A DNA stretch of 64,000 nucleotides from an uncultured Alphaproteobacteria bacterium (GTDB lineage: Bacteria > Pseudomonadota > Alphaproteobacteria > RF32 > CAG-239): positions 1,683 through 65,682 of the forward strand of contig CALXTP010000020.1 of NCBI GenBank assembly GCA_944391435.1. Direction: 5' to 3'. The translations under genes were made by a program, and so were the position numbers. The notes beneath the pieces were generated by a model. The model searched no databases, had not been told where the DNA came from, and saw only the letters and a list, made by a program, of their open reading frames with translations. Of this stretch, positions 36,055-45,839 are shown in pieces. How positions within the stretch are numbered: the first letter of the stretch is position 1; the number at the start of each line of letters is the position of its first letter.

Positions 36055-37584
36055 ATGCAGAAACCTGTAATGCTTTTAATTTTGGACGGTTGGGGATATA
36101 GAGAAAAAATAACATCAGATAATGCTATTGAGCAAGGACATACGCCAAACTGGCATACTTTATTAGAAACATGCCCGCATTGCTTTGTTGAAACCTCCGG
36201 TTATGACGTCGGGCTTCCGGAAGGACAAATGGGAAATTCTGAAGTCGGGCATACAAACTTGGGTGCCGGCCGTGTGGTCATGCAGGATTTACCGAAAATT
36301 GATTTGGCCATAAAAGACGGCAGCCTGGAGAAGAATCCGACTCTTGCCGGTCTTATTGAAAAGTTGAAAGAGACAAAAGGAACTTGCCATTTGATGGGAT
36401 TGATGTCTCCGGGAGGGGTTCATTCGCATCAACGCCATATTGAGGCTGTTTGCTCTATTTTGAACAAAAACGGTATACCTACGGCAGTGCATGCTTTTTT
36501 GGACGGAAGAGATACACCACCGCAATCTGCAAAAGGTTTTCTTGATGACTTTAACAATTATATCAAAGAGTTGAAAAATGTTAAAGTGGCAACTGTTGCC
36601 GGACGTTTTTATGCAATGGACAGAGATAAACGCTGGGACAGAGTTGAAAAAGCTTACAACAATATCGTACTGGCAGACGGAAAACGTTTTACTTCAGCAG
36701 ATGAGGCCATTACCGCCTCTTACAATGAAGGCGTGACAGATGAATTTGTTGTTCCTGCCGTCATCGGAAATTATCAGGGCGCTAAAGATGGCGATGCCGT
36801 TCTGATGATAAATTTCAGAGCTGACCGTGCCCGGGAAATTCTTTATGCTCTGGGTGATAAAGAATTTAACGGATTTGAAAGAAAAAAGATTATTCATTTT
36901 TCCGAGCTTGTCGGCATGGTGGAATATTCTGTTGATCATAACCGTTTTATGAAAACAATTTTTGCTCCGGAATCTTTAAAGAACATTTTTGGCGAAGTTG
37001 TTGCAAACCATAACTTGACGCAGCTGCGAATCGCCGAAACAGAAAAATATGCCCATGTTACATTTTTCTTTAACGGCGGCGAAGAAAAAGAATTTAAAGG
37101 AGAAGACCGTATTCTCATAAACAGTCCCAAAGTCGCGACATACGACCTTAAACCAGAGATGAGCGTTTATGAAGTAACGGCTGCACTTACAGATGTTATT
37201 GAAAAACAGAAATATGACGTCATTATCTGCAATTTTGCAAACGGGGATATGGTCGGGCATACCGGCATTATGCCAGCAGCACTAAAAGCTGTTGCCGCTG
37301 TTGACGATTGTTTGGGCAAAGTTATGAAAGCCATCAAAGACGTAAATGGTGTTCTTCTGGTTACGGCTGATCACGGCAATGTTGAAAAAATGATTGATGA
37401 AAAGACTGGCGAACCTTATACCGCCCATACCGTCGGAAAAGTCCAAGCCGTACTTTATAATGCAGAACCGCCAGTTAAAGGCTTGGAAAACGGCAGGCTG
37501 GCCGATATTTCACCCACTCTTCTGGATTTGATGAATATTGACAAGCCGGTTGAAATGACAGGACACTCTCTTATAAAAAAATAA
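36055..37584 (+). CDS. gpmI: 2,3-bisphosphoglycerate-independent phosphoglycerate mutase
   Basis: Start taken at ATG 36055 (GGAG RBS; track 36040). Motifs LLILDGWG, MGNSEVGHTNLGAGR, TADHGN. Confidence 0.95.
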   Translation: MQKPVMLLILDGWGYREKITSDNAIEQGHTPNWHTLLETCPHCFVETSGYDVGLPEGQMGNSEVGHTNLGAGRVVMQDLPKIDLAIKDGSLEKNPTLAGLIEKLKETKGTCHLMGLMSPGGVHSHQRHIEAVCSILNKNGIPTAVHAFLDGRDTPPQSAKGFLDDFNNYIKELKNVKVATVAGRFYAMDRDKRWDRVEKAYNNIVLADGKRFTSADEAITASYNEGVTDEFVVPAVIGNYQGAKDGDAVLMINFRADRAREILYALGDKEFNGFERKKIIHFSELVGMVEYSVDHNRFMKTIFAPESLKNIFGEVVANHNLTQLRIAETEKYAHVTFFFNGGEEKEFKGEDRILINSPKVATYDLKPEMSVYEVTAALTDVIEKQKYDVIICNFANGDMVGHTGIMPAALKAVAAVDDCLGKVMKAIKDVNGVLLVTADHGNVEKMIDEKTGEPYTAHTVGKVQAVLYNAEPPVKGLENGRLADISPTLLDLMNIDKPVEMTGHSLIKK

Positions 37585-37591
37585 GGCAGTA

Positions 37592-38836
37592 ATGAAACGG
37601 ATATTTGTCTTTGGCATAGCTTATTTTTGTTTTTTCCTGAATTGCTTTTCCGGAATTTCAGGTTATGCCAAAGACGTATCCGAAAGCGACGTAAAAAAAA
37701 TTGAGGCAGCGGCAAAGAAAAAAAGCATAGAATCGCGGCAACTGCAGGCACAAGCCATACAGCTTAATTTGGAACTTTCCAAGATTGATAAACAGGTTAT
37801 ATCCTTAGCCAAACAAATTCAAAATAATGAAGAAACCCTTTCCGAACTGGAAAAGAAACTTGCCGTCCTGCAAAGCGATTTGGCTGATAAAGAAGTTGCT
37901 TTTGCCAAAGAAAATAACTCTCTGGTGCAAACGCTGGCGTCTTTGCAAAATATGTCTTTAAATCCTTCCGAGGCGGTTATACTTCAGCCTTTTTCTCCCG
38001 TTGATGTTATTCGCAGCGCTGTTTTGTTGCGTGAAACCGTTCCTTTTTTGAATACAAAAGCATCAACGTTAAAAAATGACCTGACATCTGTTTACCGAAA
38101 AAAACAAGAAGTGGAAGAATTGGTAAAAAAGACCCAGGGCAGCCAGCAAACATTGGAGAAACAACAGGCCCAAATGAGGTCGTTGATGAAAAAGAAAGCC
38201 GACATGCGAAAAATTATTGAGACAAAAGGCGCGGAAACCCAAAAGCTGGCAGAAAATTTATCCTCCAAAGCCAAGGATTTGAGAGACTTACTGGATAAGC
38301 TGGAAAAACAAAAAGAAATTGAAAGAAAAAAACAAGAGGAAGCTAAAAGACTTGCTGAACAAAAACGCCAGCAAGAACTAAAAAAACTCAACAAACCGCA
38401 AATGCTTTCTTCACACGAACATGCTTCAGTAAAAAAGAATGTCAAAGGCGGACGTTTTGTAAAAGCCAAAGGAACATTGTCCCGTCCGGTCAGAGGAGCT
38501 GTTATGACGCAGTACGGACAACCTTTATCCAAAGGTGTTACATCCAAAGGACTGGTTTATAAAACACGTCCAGAAGCCCAAGTTGTATCACTTTATGACG
38601 GAACGGTTATTTTTTCCGGTCCTTTTAAAGGATATGGTAATATTATTATTGTAGAACATGGAGACGGATACTTATCTTTGTTAGCCGGATTGGGAACTGT
38701 TGACTGCGAACCGGGTCAAATGGTGCTCGCCGGCGAGCCGGTCGGCATAATGCCGGACGACGAAAACGCAAAACTTTATGTTGAAATTCGTAAAGACAGG
38801 CATCCGATAAATCCTGCTCCATGGATTGCCGGTTAA
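37592..38836 (+). CDS. M23/LytM-domain murein hydrolase activator (EnvC-like)
   Basis: Signal sequence, ~250-aa coiled coil, C-terminal LytM domain (GYGNIIIVEHGDGYLSLLAGL). Confidence 0.85.
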   Translation: MKRIFVFGIAYFCFFLNCFSGISGYAKDVSESDVKKIEAAAKKKSIESRQLQAQAIQLNLELSKIDKQVISLAKQIQNNEETLSELEKKLAVLQSDLADKEVAFAKENNSLVQTLASLQNMSLNPSEAVILQPFSPVDVIRSAVLLRETVPFLNTKASTLKNDLTSVYRKKQEVEELVKKTQGSQQTLEKQQAQMRSLMKKKADMRKIIETKGAETQKLAENLSSKAKDLRDLLDKLEKQKEIERKKQEEAKRLAEQKRQQELKKLNKPQMLSSHEHASVKKNVKGGRFVKAKGTLSRPVRGAVMTQYGQPLSKGVTSKGLVYKTRPEAQVVSLYDGTVIFSGPFKGYGNIIIVEHGDGYLSLLAGLGTVDCEPGQMVLAGEPVGIMPDDENAKLYVEIRKDRHPINPAPWIAG

Positions 38837-38855
38837 ATTTATTTGATAGGATAAG

Positions 38856-40145
38856 ATGATGAGAAAAAATAAATTGTTGTTTATTGCTTTGTTTGCAGGC
38901 TTGCTAATCGGAACGGCTAATGTCCATGCCGCAACAAAAAAGAATGATGATGCCGACACTTACGAACTGCTTAATTTGTTTGGTGAAGTTATGGAAAGAG
39001 CTAAACTGAATTATGTTGAGGAAGTTACGGACAAACAGCTTATAGAATCGGCCATCAACGGAATGCTCACATCTTTGGATCCGCATTCCAGCTACCTTGA
39101 TGCGGAAAGTTTTAATTATATGAGCGAACAGACCAAAGGAAAATTCGGAGGATTGGGAATAGAAGTAACCATGGATAACGGTTTGGTTAAAGTTGTTTCA
39201 CCAATAGACGATACTCCGGCCGCAAAAGCAGGCATTAAAGCCGGCGATTATATTACAAACATTAACGGCGAAACCGTTGTAGGAATGAGCCTTAACGATG
39301 CTGTATCAAAAATGCGCGGCAAGGTTGGTGAAAAAGTTACCTTATCTATCCGGCGGATTAACTCCAAACCTATTGAATTGACAATTAAACGCCAGGAAAT
39401 CAAAATACAATCCGTTAAAAGTGAAATTAAGGAAGACTCCATTGTTTATATCCGTATATCTTCTTTTACCGAAGAAGTAGACAAGGCCGTTTCTGATGCG
39501 ATTTCAAAAGCAAAAAAGAAGCTTAAAAATAAAATGCAAGGTATTGTTATTGACGTAAGAAATAATCCGGGCGGTTTGTTGGATCAGGCTGTTGATGTTT
39601 CTGATTTGTTTTTGGAGAAAGGAGAAATTGTTTCCACACGGTCACGCAATGAAAGCGATACAATCAAATTTATGGCAACAGAAGGAGATATTGCCAAGGA
39701 TTTGCCGATTGTCGTTATTATAAACGAAGGGTCCGCATCCGCTTCCGAAATTTTGGCTGGAGCCTTGCAAGACCACCACAGGGCTATTATCCTCGGAGAA
39801 AAATCTTTTGGCAAAGGTTCTGTGCAAACAGTCATACCGCTCAGAGATTACGGGGCAATGCGTTTAACAACGGCTCGTTATTACACTCCTTCGGGACGTT
39901 CTATCCAAGCTAAAGGCATAGAGCCGGACATAACGGTCAAACCGGCAAAAATTGAAGAGCTCGAATCGTATGCGCTAAACATCAGTGAAGCCGATTTAAA
40001 TAATGCTTTAAAAAATGACAGCGAAATTTCTCAGTTTGAAGAAAAGAAATCTGAAAAAAGCAAAGAAGATTTGGCCGATTATCAGCTTGTCAGAGCATTA
40101 GATTTAGTTAAAGCTTTATCGTTGTATTCAAAATCAGGCGAATAA
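38856..40145 (+). CDS. ctpA: Carboxy-terminal processing protease (S41)
   Basis: PDZ segment (FGGLGIEV...AGIKAGDYI). S41 motifs GSASASEILAGALQD and SFGKGSVQ. Confidence 0.9.
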   Translation: MMRKNKLLFIALFAGLLIGTANVHAATKKNDDADTYELLNLFGEVMERAKLNYVEEVTDKQLIESAINGMLTSLDPHSSYLDAESFNYMSEQTKGKFGGLGIEVTMDNGLVKVVSPIDDTPAAKAGIKAGDYITNINGETVVGMSLNDAVSKMRGKVGEKVTLSIRRINSKPIELTIKRQEIKIQSVKSEIKEDSIVYIRISSFTEEVDKAVSDAISKAKKKLKNKMQGIVIDVRNNPGGLLDQAVDVSDLFLEKGEIVSTRSRNESDTIKFMATEGDIAKDLPIVVIINEGSASASEILAGALQDHHRAIILGEKSFGKGSVQTVIPLRDYGAMRLTTARYYTPSGRSIQAKGIEPDITVKPAKIEELESYALNISEADLNNALKNDSEISQFEEKKSEKSKEDLADYQLVRALDLVKALSLYSKSGE

Positions 40146-40158
40146 CAGGGGAAAAGGG

Positions 40159-40647
40159 GTGGATAAACATTTCAGACATTGTGCGGGTGCCATTGTTTTT
40201 AATTCTGACGGAGATGTTTTTTTGGGAAACCGAAACGATACCGCAGGCGACAGTTGGCAATTCCCGCAAGGAGGAATAGAAAAAGGAGAGACTCCGGAAG
40301 ATGCTGCCCGTAGAGAACTTTTTGAAGAAACAGGCATCTCTTCAGTCAAACTAGTTTATACCACCCCGCAATTCAGACGATATGAATTCCCTGATGATAT
40401 CAAAAAGAAATTTCGTGAAAGAAAAATTTTTAATGATGGTCAGGATATTTCCTTTTCCTTGTTTTATTTTACCGGAAACGAAGATGAAATTTGTTTAAGC
40501 AGGCACTCTCCCGAATTCAGGGATTACAGATGGGCAAGTCTGGACTTTGCTGCTTCTCATATTATTTTTTTCAAAAAAAATGTTTATCACTCCGTTGTAC
40601 AAGAAGTTGCACCGGTTATTGCAGATTATCTGACAAGCCGCTCTTGA
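40159..40647 (+). CDS. rppH: RNA pyrophosphohydrolase (Nudix; IalA/RppH type)
   Basis: GTG start. Nudix box GGIEKGETPEDAARRELFEETGI. Lies next to ctpA, as in the Bartonella ialA locus. Confidence 0.85.
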   Translation: MDKHFRHCAGAIVFNSDGDVFLGNRNDTAGDSWQFPQGGIEKGETPEDAARRELFEETGISSVKLVYTTPQFRRYEFPDDIKKKFRERKIFNDGQDISFSLFYFTGNEDEICLSRHSPEFRDYRWASLDFAASHIIFFKKNVYHSVVQEVAPVIADYLTSRS

Positions 40648-40692
40648 TATTTGATATCTTTTAACATACATTGTATTTAAGGCTGAACTTTA

Positions 40693-41166
40693 TTGGAAAA
40701 AATGATGAATAATGTTCCTGACATCAAGGATATACAGTTGCCTGACGGCGTATCCATTTTTCCGATTGCGTACGGATGGTGGATTGTTCTGGGGGGGCTT
40801 CTTTTCCTTTTTTTGTTTGTTAAACTGATTATCTGGGGAATTAGGACAAGCAAAAAACATTATGCCTTAAAACAAATATCACAGATTTCTACCGTTAATC
40901 CCGTTCATACGGCTGTCCAACTGTCAGAACTTTTGCGGAGAATTTGCATTGTCAAATATCCGGAGGCACGTTCTTTTTACGGAGAACAGTGGCTTGAATT
41001 TTTAAAACAGCATGCAACAGCATCTCTTCCAGATAATTGTGCCTACCTTTTGGCAAATGCTCCTTTTATGGATCAATACAGCCAAGCCTATTCTGAAAAA
41101 TATGGTGAAGCTGATGCAGAAGCATTAAAGCTTTTTTGTAAACAGTGGGTAGGAGAAAATCTATGA
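40693..41166 (+). CDS. DUF4381-like membrane protein (first gene of Bat/VWA operon)
   Basis: IKDIQLPDGVSIFPIAYGWWIVLGGLLFLFLFV resembles the DUF4381 N-terminus. ATGA coupling to batA. Confidence 0.65.
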   Translation: MEKMMNNVPDIKDIQLPDGVSIFPIAYGWWIVLGGLLFLFLFVKLIIWGIRTSKKHYALKQISQISTVNPVHTAVQLSELLRRICIVKYPEARSFYGEQWLEFLKQHATASLPDNCAYLLANAPFMDQYSQAYSEKYGEADAEALKLFCKQWVGENL

Positions 41167-42170
41167 TTCATTTTGCCCATCCTTTATTTTTTTGGCTACT
41201 GCCTTTGCCTTTGATAACCTATTATCTATTTCCCCGTATCAAAAATAAATGCGGATATTCTTTACGCGTTCCGTTTTTGGCGTCTTTACAGAATATTCAA
41301 GATGAATTTCAAAGCAGACAACTAGCTGTTACCTTGCCTTTCAGAAGCTTAAAAATTTCTCTTAAGTTTTTGTATCTTTTTTTAATCTGGTTTTTTTTGG
41401 TTGTGGCGATATCCCGTCCTCAGAAAATTGGCGAACCGTATCGGATTGATACGGAGAATCGGGATATTATGTTGGTCATTGATATCTCCACTTCCATGTT
41501 GCAGCCTGATTTTTCTACAACCACGCGGCGCATAGACCGTCTATCCGCCGTCAAAGCGGTTGTCAGCACTTTTGTGCAAAACAGGACAGAAGATAGAATC
41601 GGGTTAATATTGTTTGGAACACAAGCTTATTTACAGGCACCGTTAACTTTTGACAAAGCTGCCGTTATTGATATCTTATCCAACACAGATGCCGGTATGG
41701 CCGGGCGTTCCACATCTATCGGCGATGCTTTGGGGCTTGCTTTGAAAACGCTTAAACAAGACAACAAAGCCCAAGCAAATAATAAAGTTATCGTTTTGTT
41801 GACAGACGGTGAAAATAATGATGGTTCACTGAGTATGGCTCAAGCCATTGATTTGGCGGATAAGGAAAAAATTAAGATTTATACTATCGGCGTCGGCGCA
41901 GATTTTGCAGCAACATTGTTTAATTTTCGCGGCAATGATTTAGATGAAGCAAGCCTTAAGCAGCTGGCGCAAAAGACGGCGGGGACTTATTTCAGGGCGA
42001 CAGATTTGAATTCGCTGGCGCAAATCTACCGGCAAATAGATGCTCTTGAACCTCAAAAAGGAGATAAAAATATAGTGCAGGACATTACAGAGCTCTTTTT
42101 TATTCCCCTTACTGTTGCAATGATTTTGGCGATTATGCTTATTTTTGTTCCAAAGAGGTTTTTAAAATGA
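41163..42170 (+). CDS. batA: VWA-domain membrane protein BatA
   Basis: Start taken at ATG 41163 (ATGA overlap; track 41145). Two N-terminal TM helices. VWA with intact MIDAS DISTS (MLVIDISTSM) and LLTDGENN. C-terminal TM helix. Confidence 0.8.
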   Translation: MIHFAHPLFFWLLPLPLITYYLFPRIKNKCGYSLRVPFLASLQNIQDEFQSRQLAVTLPFRSLKISLKFLYLFLIWFFLVVAISRPQKIGEPYRIDTENRDIMLVIDISTSMLQPDFSTTTRRIDRLSAVKAVVSTFVQNRTEDRIGLILFGTQAYLQAPLTFDKAAVIDILSNTDAGMAGRSTSIGDALGLALKTLKQDNKAQANNKVIVLLTDGENNDGSLSMAQAIDLADKEKIKIYTIGVGADFAATLFNFRGNDLDEASLKQLAQKTAGTYFRATDLNSLAQIYRQIDALEPQKGDKNIVQDITELFFIPLTVAMILAIMLIFVPKRFLK

Positions 42171-44065
42171 GTGATTTTTTGCTTAACTTCCATTTTCTTC
42201 GCCCGTGGTTTTTGTGCTTTTTGCTTTTTCCACTTTTTTTATTTTTGAAAAAAATCAAAACTTCTGAGGAAGAATCTTCCTGGTTTAATGTTTGTGATAA
42301 AAATTTATTGGATTTTTTATTGATAAAAACCGGTTCTGCCAAACAGTTTTCGTTAAAAGCATTTATTTATATCGGAATGGTTTTTGCGTCGCTTGCCGCG
42401 GCCGGTCCCTGTTGGAAAAAAACGGAAATTCCGACATTTGTTGTTGAAAATCCGACAATGTTTGTGCTAAGCATGGCGCAGGACATGATGTTAACAGATG
42501 TTTCCCCATCACGTCTTGAACGCGCTAAATTTGCTTTAACCGACCTTATTGACGGCATTCATAATGGGCAATTCGGCTTGGAAGTGTATTCAAATGAGCC
42601 ATATATCATTACACCTATTTCCAATGACGCGCGGCTGCTCAAAAATCTGATGCCGCAAATTGTTTCCGACATTGTTCCAGATCACGGCGACAGGCTTGAC
42701 CGCGCAATAGATTTGGCCGTGAAAAGATTTAAATCTTCCGGCTATTTGCAAGGTAATATTATCTTATTTGCCTCTGATGTCGGGCAATATTTTAATTCTG
42801 CTTTGGAAAACGCGGCTAATGCGGCAGCACAAAATTATAAAATTTATGTTATTGATACTTCTTACTCCGGCAGCGAAAAACTGCGCCTGCTAGCCCAAAA
42901 AGGCAACGGCATGTATTTTAATGTGCAAAATACGCAGTTGCAACCTCTTATTGATAACATTAATCAGACAAATCAGGAACATATAAAACAAAGCCAAAAT
43001 ATCCGTTCCAAATTTCTTGACTATGGGTATTATTTGTTGATTATACCTCTTTTTTGTACCTTAGCTTTTTTTCGCCAGGGGCTTTTGATTTTGTTTTTAT
43101 GTTGCATTTCCCTTAAAGCCCATGCCGGATTATTTCTTAACGATAACCAAGAGGGCCTGCGATTATTTAACAAGGGAGCTTATGAAGAAGCTTTTCAGCA
43201 TTTTCAAGATGCAAACTGGAAAGGTATTTCCTTGTATAAGCAAAATAAACTTGAAGAATCTTTAAAAGAATTTCAAAAAGAGAATAATGCCCTTGCTTTT
43301 TATAATCAGGGAGTTGTTTTGGTAAAACTATGCAAATACAAGGAAGCACTGGAAGCTTTTAAAATGTCATTAGAAAAAAATCCGCTTCAAACCGATGCCG
43401 AGTATAATATTAACGTGTTGAATGACTTATTTGAACGCGCCAAAGAAAATCCATCCTTATTGCAATGCGGAGAGGACCAGCAGCAAAATCATAATACGCA
43501 AAATAATCAAGATAAACAGCAAACGCAGCAAGATAATCAATCTTCGGAAAAAAAACAATCCAAACAAAACGAATCCGAACAAGACAAACAACAAAAACAA
43601 GAACAGCAAGAGCAGCAGCAAAACGAATCTGAACAGGAAAAACAAAATAACTCTAAGCCAAATGACACTCAATCAGAACAACAACAAAACAAGCAAGACC
43701 AGCAAAAGCAAAATGAATCCGAGAAACAGCAACAACAAACAGATAAAGGCCAAAATAAAGACAATCAGCCCAAAGAACAAAACGATACCGGGCAAAACAA
43801 GCAAGGCAGCAACAAACAGACACAAGAAAATGGCGAAGAATCCGCTAATGAAAACAACTCAGCAGATTCTGATAAAAGAGAACAGGAACAGACAGTGAAC
43901 CTGTTGAATGTCAAAAAAGGCTCAGATAAAGATAAATATGATGATGAGGCTTTAATTTTGCAGCAAAGATATCGTAAAATCCCCGAAAATCCCGGTGGAT
44001 TGTTACGCGAATTTATAAAAAAAGAGTATGTAAAGGACAGGTATGGCGATGAAAATATACACTAA
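42167..44065 (+). CDS. batB: VWA + TPR membrane protein BatB-like, with long Q/N/E/K-rich insert
   Basis: N-terminal TM helices. VWA-like region in which the MIDAS position reads LSMAQDM. TPR units at aa 330-415. Low-complexity aa 436-575. Basic C-terminal tail. Confidence 0.75.
   Translation: MSDFLLNFHFLRPWFLCFLLFPLFLFLKKIKTSEEESSWFNVCDKNLLDFLLIKTGSAKQFSLKAFIYIGMVFASLAAAGPCWKKTEIPTFVVENPTMFVLSMAQDMMLTDVSPSRLERAKFALTDLIDGIHNGQFGLEVYSNEPYIITPISNDARLLKNLMPQIVSDIVPDHGDRLDRAIDLAVKRFKSSGYLQGNIILFASDVGQYFNSALENAANAAAQNYKIYVIDTSYSGSEKLRLLAQKGNGMYFNVQNTQLQPLIDNINQTNQEHIKQSQNIRSKFLDYGYYLLIIPLFCTLAFFRQGLLILFLCCISLKAHAGLFLNDNQEGLRLFNKGAYEEAFQHFQDANWKGISLYKQNKLEESLKEFQKENNALAFYNQGVVLVKLCKYKEALEAFKMSLEKNPLQTDAEYNINVLNDLFERAKENPSLLQCGEDQQQNHNTQNNQDKQQTQQDNQSSEKKQSKQNESEQDKQQKQEQQEQQQNESEQEKQNNSKPNDTQSEQQQNKQDQQKQNESEKQQQQTDKGQNKDNQPKEQNDTGQNKQGSNKQTQENGEESANENNSADSDKREQEQTVNLLNVKKGSDKDKYDDEALILQQRYRKIPENPGGLLREFIKKEYVKDRYGDENIH
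43472..43891 (+). repeat. Coding low-complexity/imperfect tandem repeat (Q/N/E/K-rich; QNESEQ[DE]KQ units)
   Basis: DNA units caaaacgaatccgaacaagacaaaca, caaaacgaatctgaacaggaaaaaca and caaaatgaatccgagaaacagcaaca occur within batB. About 140 codons are built almost entirely of Q, N, E, K, D, S and T. Confidence 0.8.
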
Positions 44066-45800
44066 AATTTTTATTTTCTTATTCAGTTTGTTTTTCCCTT
44101 TTCAGGTATTAGCAAATTCTGTTGATATCCGCGTGGATAAAAGGGTTTTAACAGAAGCCGATATTTTAACCCTGACCGTTTCATATAACGGCGATACAGA
44201 TGAAAATCCCGATTTAAGCGGTTTGCAAAATGATTTTCGCATTATTTCCACATCTACCTCTCAACAGATAAATTATATCAACGGCACCTTACAACAGACA
44301 AAACAATGGGCCTTTGGCCTGCAACCCCTTCACACCGGAAAAATTACCATAAATCCGATAAAAATCGGCGGTATAAACTCTAACTATGAAGAGGTTGAAG
44401 TTAAAGAAGTTTCTGATGTAGCCTATGTCCCTGATAGCCAGGAAAATACAAATTCCCCTTATTTTCAGATAAACTTGAGCTATTCTCCGGAATCGCCCTA
44501 TCTACAACAACAAACGACTTTTTTGGTAACAATTTATGACAGCCTAGGCTTGCAGGACAGCGCACTGAGCATTACGGAAGAGACAAAGAAAAATTGGAGC
44601 CTTTTACCGCTTACAAATCAACCGATTATTAAAAAAGATGTTGTCAATAACAAAAAAGTTAACGCTATAACCTATGTTTTTGCAGGTTTCCCTCTTAAAA
44701 ACGGTTCTATTCCCGCACCGCAATTCCTGTTTGACGGATACTATTTGAAAAATTCTGATTTCCATTTTCCGCGGTTGACAGATAGCTTTTCTGCTTTCGG
44801 CATAGATTTTAATAATATTATAGGACAAAGAGTCCCCGTAAATATGAAAACAAAAAAACAATCTATTTTTGTTAAATCCGTTCCAAACGGTTTTACTGAC
44901 CGCTGGCTTCCGTTGACTAACCTCGAAATGCAAACAGAATGGACATCTTCACCACAATTCAAAGCCGGAGAAGCAGCTAACAGAAAAATAACCATTACAG
45001 CCACCGGAATTTCAGAAGAAATGTTTCCAGCCTTAAATTTTTCAGAAAATGACGGGTTTAAGCAGTATCCGGAAAAGCCGATTATGAAAATGTCTTTAAA
45101 CAATGGCGAACTTGTTACCACGGCGACATATAACATTGTGTATATCCCTACAAAATCAGGAAAACACACTCTGCCGGCGCAGGAAATCAATTGGTTTAAT
45201 ACCCGCACCGGCCGTTTTGAAAAAACATCTCTGCCATCGGAAACCATAACCGTTTTGCCCAACAATAATATTTCAGAAGAGACTTTTCCTCCTTCTGTAC
45301 CAGCTCCAACCCCAAACATTGAACCCACAGCGATGGAAAAATCATTACCTGAGGAAAATACCGTCCAGCCGCCGGCAAATATGTTTACAAACAAAAAAAT
45401 GGTTTATATTTTAATCGCAACGGCTTTCCTCTTTGGTTTTGCCTTATTCGGACTGCTGTTGTGGCTGAAAAATATTTTTTCTAAAAAAAATAAAAATTTT
45501 TACCGCAAAATGGTCATATCTTCCATAAAAAAAGGAGATTATAAAGCTGCGCAAAAGGCCTTGTTTGACTGGGGCAGTTTGAAATTTGGCATCCCTTCCA
45601 TTGCGAATCTTAAAGAACTTTCCGACTTGGTCCAAGATGATGATTTTTCTAAGCAGCTTGATTTGCTGAATGCCGTTTTGTATTCCGGAACAGAACAAAC
45701 ATTGGATGTTCCCGATTTTCTTTATTCTTTTAAAAAGGTTGACAAGAAAAAGCAAACTTTACGAAAAAACAAAGATATTTTACCAAATCTTTACGATTAA
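44043..45800 (+). CDS. batD: BatD-like (oxygen-tolerance family) protein
   Basis: Signal sequence (IFIFLFSLFFPFQVLA-NS), typical BatD start VDIRVDKRVLTEADILTLTVSYNG, and a late TM helix (MVYILIATAFLFGFALFGLLLWL). The start could be 44049. Confidence 0.7.
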   Translation: MAMKIYTKIFIFLFSLFFPFQVLANSVDIRVDKRVLTEADILTLTVSYNGDTDENPDLSGLQNDFRIISTSTSQQINYINGTLQQTKQWAFGLQPLHTGKITINPIKIGGINSNYEEVEVKEVSDVAYVPDSQENTNSPYFQINLSYSPESPYLQQQTTFLVTIYDSLGLQDSALSITEETKKNWSLLPLTNQPIIKKDVVNNKKVNAITYVFAGFPLKNGSIPAPQFLFDGYYLKNSDFHFPRLTDSFSAFGIDFNNIIGQRVPVNMKTKKQSIFVKSVPNGFTDRWLPLTNLEMQTEWTSSPQFKAGEAANRKITITATGISEEMFPALNFSENDGFKQYPEKPIMKMSLNNGELVTTATYNIVYIPTKSGKHTLPAQEINWFNTRTGRFEKTSLPSETITVLPNNNISEETFPPSVPAPTPNIEPTAMEKSLPEENTVQPPANMFTNKKMVYILIATAFLFGFALFGLLLWLKNIFSKKNKNFYRKMVISSIKKGDYKAAQKALFDWGSLKFGIPSIANLKELSDLVQDDDFSKQLDLLNAVLYSGTEQTLDVPDFLYSFKKVDKKKQTLRKNKDILPNLYD

Positions 45801-45839
45801 GCGGCATTTTATATACAGCTATTTGTAAACGGAGAGACA

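Noticed and set aside
40666-40678. 13-mer ATACATTGTATTT occurring just after the rppH stop and again at 61890-61902, just after the cca stop
   Set aside because: Chance recurrence of an AT-only 13-mer is expected several times in 64 kb of AT-rich DNA. The flanks do not extend the match, and the 7-bp stem has a 1-nt loop, so it cannot form a terminator.
44741-45394. 217-aa minus-strand ORF, the longest unannotated ORF in the window
   Set aside because: It is antisense to batD, whose frame has a signal peptide, BatD-type motifs and operon coupling. The antisense product has no RBS, no recognisable motifs and a biased composition.
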